Origin: Longimicrobiales bacterium
GTDB lineage: Bacteria > Gemmatimonadota > Gemmatimonadetes > Longimicrobiales > Gaopeijiaceae
Direction of reading: 5' to 3'
DNA: 64,000 nt
NCBI GenBank assembly: GCA_965202805.1
Contig: OZ241869.1
Coordinates: 2,496,001-2,560,000 of the forward strand
Shown: one piece after another, positions 58,854 to 64,000 of the stretch
Layout: every line of letters starts with the position of its first letter
Position numbering within the stretch: the stretch's first letter is position 1
The notes under the pieces: generated by a model
Seen by the model: the letters and a program-made list of their open reading frames with translations, nothing else
Told to the model about the DNA's origin: nothing
Database searches by the model: none
Made by a program: the position numbers and the translations under genes

Positions 58854-59481
58854 CCGACCTCGCCCGCGCACTCCCGTCCGCTTCGTCGCGGTGGCCCTGC
58901 TGGCCGGGCTGGTGAGCGCCTGCTCGCCCTTTGACGACCTCATGGTGCAGATCTTCGGGCGCAGCATGCGCGACCAGCGCTCGTTCGACCCCTACGAGAA
59001 CACGCTGCTGCCGCCGGAGGGTTCGGTGCCCTTCTCGGCCGGCAACTTCTCCGCCGGTCCGGATCAGGTCTCCCTGGGACAGCCGGATCCGTCGGTCGAG
59101 ATGCCTCCGCCCTTCACGATGGCGGAGGTGGCCATCGAGGCCCCGGTGGTAATGGAGATGACCAACCCGGTAGAGGCCACCGCGGAATCCCTGGCGCGAG
59201 GCGAGCGGCTCTACAATCGATTCTGTGCCGCGTGTCACGGCGTGGACGGAGTTGGCGCCAACGCGTCCATTGCCCCGCTGCATCCCATGCTTCCGGCCGT
59301 CAACCTCTCGAGCGCGATCACCGCGATCCGCCCCGATGGCTACATGTACGGCGTCATTCGCGTGGGGCGTGGACTGATGCCCGCCTACGGGCACCAGATT
59401 ACGCACTACGACCGCTGGCACATCGTCAACTACGTCCGGCAGCTGCAGGCGCAGGCGGGCAACCCGGCCCCGGGGGAGTAG
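58846..59481 (+). CDS. actE: Alternative complex III monoheme lipoprotein cytochrome c
   Basis: Lipobox VSAC; M.DQ..F.PYE; CAACHG; MPAY..Q...DRW.IV.YVR.LQ. Confidence 0.88.
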   Translation: MADRPRPRTPVRFVAVALLAGLVSACSPFDDLMVQIFGRSMRDQRSFDPYENTLLPPEGSVPFSAGNFSAGPDQVSLGQPDPSVEMPPPFTMAEVAIEAPVVMEMTNPVEATAESLARGERLYNRFCAACHGVDGVGANASIAPLHPMLPAVNLSSAITAIRPDGYMYGVIRVGRGLMPAYGHQITHYDRWHIVNYVRQLQAQAGNPAPGE

Positions 59482-59485
59482 CGGA

Positions 59486-60784
59486 ATGGCCCACATCCAC
59501 GTCCCGGGCGACATCCCGGTTCGCCACCTGGAGCGCTCCCGGGGCTTCTCGATGTTCTGCGGGGCCCTCTTCCTCGTCGGCGTGATCTCGCTCTTCGTGC
59601 TCCGCGCCGCCGATCCCGCGCGCGCCGAGCAGGCCTACTCGGCCAACTGGCTCTTCTTCTTCGCCGTCGCCGAGGGCGCGATGCTCCTGTGCGCGGTGAC
59701 GACCATCGTAAAGGCGAAGTGGAACTGGTCCGTGCGCCGCGTGAGCCTCGCCTTCGCCGCCTACCTGCCGATCGCGTTCATCCTGTTCCTCCCCATGCTG
59801 GGGCTCCGGGAGTCGTACTTCCCCTGGATCGAGGCGATGGAGAGCGATCCCATCGTGCAGGCGAAGGCCGCGTACCTGAACATCCCCTTCCTTGTCGCCC
59901 GCAATGTGGCCGGCTTGCTGCTCCTCATCGGGCTGAGCCTGTACCTGGCCTACCTGGCCCTGCGCCCGGACATGGGGCTGGTTGAAGGCGATGGCGATGC
60001 GGGGCGCAAGCGCTGGCGTGCCACCCTTGCCGCGGGATGGATTGGACAGGAAGCCGAGGAGACCGCCAGCGCCCGCAGGATGGGCCGTCTGGCCCCCGCC
60101 TTCATCCTGGTCTACGCCGCCGTGATGAGCATGGTGGCCTACGACTTCGCCATGTCGCTCGAACCCCACTGGTTCTCGACCATCTTCGGGGCCTGGTACT
60201 TCATGGGCGGCTTCTGGGGAGGAATCGCGTCCACGGCGCTGATGGTCGTGCTGCTGAAACGCCGGCACGCGGATCTGAATCGGCTGATGGGCCTCCAGCA
60301 GATGCACGACCTGGGCAAGCTGACCTTCGCTTTCTGCGTGTTCTGGACCTACATCTTCTTCGCCCAGTACATCGTCATCTGGTACGGCAAACTGCCGTGG
60401 GAGCAGGCGTGGGTCGTACACCGGACCGGCGAGACCTGGGGAGGGTTTTCGCTCGCCCTCGTGCTGATGTGCTTCGTGATTCCCTTCGCGGGACTCATCG
60501 GGCGCCGGCCCAAGATGAACCCGGTGATCCTCGGTTCCTTCGTGGTCGTGATCCTCGGAGGGCTCTGGCTGGAGCACCATCTGCTGATCGCGCCCTCGCT
60601 GCGCCTGGATGGCCCGACGATCGGCGCATGGGAGGGGCTGGTGACGCTGGTCTTCCTGGGTCCGCTGCTCTGGAGCCTGCGCTGGTTCCTGAGCACCTTC
60701 CCCGTGGTGCAGGTGTGGCAGCCGCCGGAGCAGTTGGAGATGGTGGATCTGGAAGTGACGCGGGAGGAAGCCGGCGTCCGTTAG
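59486..60784 (+). CDS. actF: Alternative complex III subunit F
   Basis: K.AYLN.PF..R, D..MSL.PHWFSTIFG, HDLGK..FAF..FW.Y..F.QY..IWY. Confidence 0.88.
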   Translation: MAHIHVPGDIPVRHLERSRGFSMFCGALFLVGVISLFVLRAADPARAEQAYSANWLFFFAVAEGAMLLCAVTTIVKAKWNWSVRRVSLAFAAYLPIAFILFLPMLGLRESYFPWIEAMESDPIVQAKAAYLNIPFLVARNVAGLLLLIGLSLYLAYLALRPDMGLVEGDGDAGRKRWRATLAAGWIGQEAEETASARRMGRLAPAFILVYAAVMSMVAYDFAMSLEPHWFSTIFGAWYFMGGFWGGIASTALMVVLLKRRHADLNRLMGLQQMHDLGKLTFAFCVFWTYIFFAQYIVIWYGKLPWEQAWVVHRTGETWGGFSLALVLMCFVIPFAGLIGRRPKMNPVILGSFVVVILGGLWLEHHLLIAPSLRLDGPTIGAWEGLVTLVFLGPLLWSLRWFLSTFPVVQVWQPPEQLEMVDLEVTREEAGVR

Positions 60785-60814
60785 CCGACCCGCCTCCGGA
60801 GGTGTTTCGAGGCG

Positions 60815-62041
60815 ATGAAGTGCACGTTTGGCTCGGACGGGCGTTGGCGCACCCGTCCATTCACGCCGCAAAGACGCTTCAGTTCCGCAGCAGGGGCGAA
60901 GATTGCAGTTGCGCTGGCCGTGGTGGCCGCAGCCTCGTGTGGAACCGAGGCGCGTGACGTCGGCACATCGGCCGTTTACGACTCCGCGGGCGTGACCATC
61001 GTCGAGAACCCCGGGCCCGACCGGCTGCTGGATGTCGAAGTCACGCCGCTGGCCGATCTCATACCCCCCGACAGCGCGCTCACGGTGGTTCCATGGGGTG
61101 TTGCGGTCGATGAGGCGACGGGGCGCGTTTTCGTGGCGGATCGACCCAATGACCGGGTCGTCGTGTTCGAACCCTCGGGAACATACGCCGGGACTCTGGG
61201 GCGCTCGGGGGACGGGCCCGGAGAGTTTCGCGATCCCGACGCGGTTTCCATGGAGCCCTCCAGATCGCTTGTCGTGTGGGACAACCGTCGCCGCATCCTC
61301 AGTCGCTGGTCGAGCGGAGGGGATTTCCTGGGCGAAGATCGTCCGGATCTGAATTACGGGCGCCTGGGGTTCGCGGTGGGAGCAGACTGGGTCGTGACCG
61401 TGACGGCCACGGGCGCAGGAATGGCGACCAGGCGGCAATTGGTCGTCCACAAGGAAGGCGACACCAGGACGTTGCACGAAACTACGGCGGAGATGGCCTT
61501 GATGGAGATGCGTGGTGGGTCCTTTCCGGCCGAGGAGCTGTTCGCCCCCACGCCCGTCTGGACGAACCGGGGTGACTCAATCTCCTTCCTTGACGGGCCG
61601 GACTATCGTATCGACATGAGCGTCGGCGGTTCGCTGGAGCTGAGTCTCAGGCGTCCCCTGGATCCCATCGAGGTGACACGGGAGATGGCCGTCAGGAACA
61701 TCGAGTCGGGTCCCGGGGCGTATGGCGACCTGATGCGCCGGAATGGCCTGGAGGCGGAAGACATCGTAGCTGCAATCGGATATGAGGACCGCATCTCGCC
61801 CGTCCTGAGCATGACCGCCGCCCCTGAAGGTCGGCTTTGGGTCACCCGTACCCTGGATGGGATCTCGCCCCACGCCGTCGACATCTTTGACGCTGCCGGA
61901 GGGTACGAGGGCACGTTCGAAGCGCCCGTGGTTCCGGTTGCGTTCGTGTCCGATTCCACCTTCGTGGCGCTTCGGCTGGAGGAGTTCGGAGAGACGATCC
62001 TGACGCTCCAGCGCGTACGCATGAGCGAAGGGGGCTTCTGA
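60815..62041 (+). CDS. Exported 6-bladed beta-propeller-like lipoprotein (start uncertain)
   Basis: Lipobox AASC; DSAGVTIVEN; GRSGDGPGEF. Confidence 0.7.
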   Translation: MKCTFGSDGRWRTRPFTPQRRFSSAAGAKIAVALAVVAAASCGTEARDVGTSAVYDSAGVTIVENPGPDRLLDVEVTPLADLIPPDSALTVVPWGVAVDEATGRVFVADRPNDRVVVFEPSGTYAGTLGRSGDGPGEFRDPDAVSMEPSRSLVVWDNRRRILSRWSSGGDFLGEDRPDLNYGRLGFAVGADWVVTVTATGAGMATRRQLVVHKEGDTRTLHETTAEMALMEMRGGSFPAEELFAPTPVWTNRGDSISFLDGPDYRIDMSVGGSLELSLRRPLDPIEVTREMAVRNIESGPGAYGDLMRRNGLEAEDIVAAIGYEDRISPVLSMTAAPEGRLWVTRTLDGISPHAVDIFDAAGGYEGTFEAPVVPVAFVSDSTFVALRLEEFGETILTLQRVRMSEGGF

Positions 62042-62137
62042 GGAGGCCGTAGGAGTGGCGGTCGGCGCCGATCGGGCCGGCCTGACCAGCCAGTGCGCGA
62101 CGTGCCGGTAGTCCATGACGGAGCCCGGCACTGTGCT

Positions 62138-62944
62138 TCAGCGGGCCGGAGCGGTTCCCCCGGCCAGCAGATCGAGGACGCGCGGGTGCAGGGCCGGGTT
62201 GCTGGATACCCCCGAGCCGCCGTGGATGGTGGGCTCGCCCGACACGTCCGTGAAACAGCCGCCCGCCTCGGTGACGATGGTCAGCAGGGGCGCCGCATCC
62301 CAGGAGGCGAGCACCGGGTCCACCATGACCTGAGCCCGACCCGTGGCGACCAGGACGTGGCCGTAGCAGTCGCCCCAGCTGCGGGTCATGCGCGCGGCGG
62401 CGGCCAGGGCCCGCCAGCCCGCTTCGCGGGGATGACCGTGAAAGGCCGCCTCATCGGTGGTGAGCACGAGGCTCCTGTCCAGCCGGTTCTCGGTGGAAAC
62501 CGAACACGGCGCGCCGTTCCAGCGGCACCCCCGGCCCCTGGCCGCCGTTACCGTCTCCCCGAGTGCGGGAAGGTGTACGACCCCCACTACGGGCTCATCC
62601 TCCACCTCGATGCCGATGAGGACGCCCCACAGCGGCACCCCGCGGACAAAGGACTTCGTGCCGTCGATGGGATCGAGAATCCAGCGCACCGGAGCTCCGG
62701 GCAGCACTTCGCCGTGCTCCTCCCCGACGATGCCGTGGTTGGGGAAGCGTCGCCGGATCTCCGCGCGCAAAAGGCTCTCGGCTTCCCGGTCCGCGACGGT
62801 GACCGGCGTGTCGTCGGCCTTGGTTTCGACCCCGATCCGCGTCCCGAAGTACCCGAGCGCGACCTCTCCGGCGGCGCGCGCGAGGTCCTCGGCCGTGCGC
62901 GCGAGGTCATCGAGTTCGATGCGGGTCGGATGGGATGTGCTCAT
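62138..62944 (-). CDS. Inositol monophosphatase family, HisN-like histidinol phosphatase
   Basis: PVT.ADR.AE, GEE, W.LDPIDGT.SF.RG.P, WGDCYG, WD.A. Confidence 0.85.
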   Translation of the reverse strand: MSTSHPTRIELDDLARTAEDLARAAGEVALGYFGTRIGVETKADDTPVTVADREAESLLRAEIRRRFPNHGIVGEEHGEVLPGAPVRWILDPIDGTKSFVRGVPLWGVLIGIEVEDEPVVGVVHLPALGETVTAARGRGCRWNGAPCSVSTENRLDRSLVLTTDEAAFHGHPREAGWRALAAAARMTRSWGDCYGHVLVATGRAQVMVDPVLASWDAAPLLTIVTEAGGCFTDVSGEPTIHGGSGVSSNPALHPRVLDLLAGGTAPAR

Positions 62945-63765
62945 GGCGGACGGCAGGCGGACCGCGGCGGATAGTCCGTGCGCTGCGCCGAGCGGGAAGG
63001 CCGGCGCGTGCCGGGCGGGTGCGCCCCAAGATATCGAAGGTCGCGGCCCTCCGGGAGCGGGCGGGCGGGCGAGCGCCGACGGCGGAGATCCAGATCCGCC
63101 GCCGCAAGGAGATCCTGCCAGCGGTTCATGCCGGCGTCCAGGGCGGCGACACCGAAACTGACCGTGACCCCGTGCACGGAGAGCGCCGGGTCCCTCGCGA
63201 CCGCCTTCGCCATGTGCCGGGCCGCTTCCCGGGCCTGGCCGGTTGCCTTGCCGGGAAGGATGGCGACGAATTCGTCTCCACCCAGCCGGGCCGTCAGAGT
63301 CGGGCAGGCCCTGGAGAGCGTCCTTCCCACGACCGACAGCACTTCGTCACCCGCAACGTATCCGTGCCTTTCGTTGAAGTGCTTGAAGTCGTCCACATCG
63401 AAGAAGGCCAGCGAGAACGGGCGCAGGCGAGAACCCGTCTGGCGGGAAGCCGCGGGGACACCGGGGGCCAGGAGCCGATCCAGATGGCGCTCCAGGTGCC
63501 GGCGATTCGGGAGACCGGTCAGCGGATCGGTCAGCGCCAGGCGCCGATTGGCTTCCGCGATCCGCTCCATCCGGCGCAGCCTCAGTTCCAGCTCCCGAAC
63601 GTAGCGAGCGTCGAGACGGCAGCGGGCGCCAAGGCTTCGTTTTCGCCTCCGGCGGCGGAACCGGACCGATGCCTGCTTCGATTGTCCGTCCGAATACGCC
63701 TCGGGCCCGGAGGGATGTGCCAAGAGCGTGATCCCGCGCGGAGTGTGGACGGACGGGCGACCCAT
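62941..63765 (-). CDS. GGDEF diguanylate cyclase (start uncertain)
   Basis: TDPLTGLPNRR, DVDDFK.FN..HG...GDEVL, RLGGDEF, VTVSFG. Confidence 0.8.
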   Translation of the reverse strand: MGRPSVHTPRGITLLAHPSGPEAYSDGQSKQASVRFRRRRRKRSLGARCRLDARYVRELELRLRRMERIAEANRRLALTDPLTGLPNRRHLERHLDRLLAPGVPAASRQTGSRLRPFSLAFFDVDDFKHFNERHGYVAGDEVLSVVGRTLSRACPTLTARLGGDEFVAILPGKATGQAREAARHMAKAVARDPALSVHGVTVSFGVAALDAGMNRWQDLLAAADLDLRRRRSPARPLPEGRDLRYLGAHPPGTRRPSRSAQRTDYPPRSACRPP

Positions 63766-63841
63766 GAGGCTATCGCAACGCCCCATGAGCAGGAATGGGA
63801 GATCGGGACCGATCGGGTCCCGGTTTTCGCCGCAGCGCGCG

Positions 63842-64000
63842 TCAGTCGGCCCGCTCCCGCGGAGCCGCGGGGGCCGGCCCGGTCTCGACGGATTCGGCCT
63901 CGCCGGCGGACTCGGCGCCGTCGATGGATTCAGCCCCGCCGATGGATTCGGCCCCGTCGCCCCCGGCCGCCAATCCTTCCGCACGTTCCGCGTAGCGCCT
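63842..64000 (-). CDS. C-terminus of a gene entering from beyond the window, with (D/G)GAES repeats
   Basis: Frame reads ...GGDGAESIGGAESIDGAESAGEAESVETG...RERAD*, TGA at 63842-63844. Confidence 0.5.
   Translation of the reverse strand, partial: RRYAERAEGLAAGGDGAESIGGAESIDGAESAGEAESVETGPAPAAPRERAD
63886..63957. repeat. Four imperfect 18-bp tandem repeats (consensus about CGATGGATTCGGCCCCGY)
   Basis: Read directly; in-frame 6-aa repeat on the minus strand. Confidence 0.75.

Overview
High-GC, gene-dense bacterial window. The gene content (GWxTD protein, 'DSAGVxIVE' beta-propellers, DUF6152/DUF6644 module, ACIII) suggests Gemmatimonadota; this is an inference. I found no rRNA, tRNA, CRISPR array or intact transposase. 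The main feature is a large respiratory/cofactor locus on the minus strand (about 9.5-26.4 kb). In transcription order it holds ferredoxin, Mrp/ApbC ATPase, a Zn-ribbon/PCP_red protein, a membrane protein, a double-USP/PCP_red fusion, an Ahb/NirJ-like radical SAM/PCP_red fusion, a CydA-like subunit with no CydB and no Q-loop, three c-type cytochromes (one fused to an EbdC/NxrC-like domain), a cupredoxin-like lipoprotein and an A1-type heme-copper oxidase (II-I-III-IV). hemA-hemB-hmuY is transcribed divergently from it. Other features: an alternative complex III operon (actABCDEF); a toxin-antitoxin-SecB chaperone (TAC) module whose antitoxin ends in an ssrA-like ALAA, with a palindromic operator upstream; luxE-luxC without luciferase; an uncharacterised periplasmic DUF6152/DUF6644/cytochrome module; and housekeeping genes (mutY, lon, ggt, ETF-QO, ypdA, ygfZ-like, IMPase, GGDEF). 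All family calls come from recognising motifs by eye; no searches were run.
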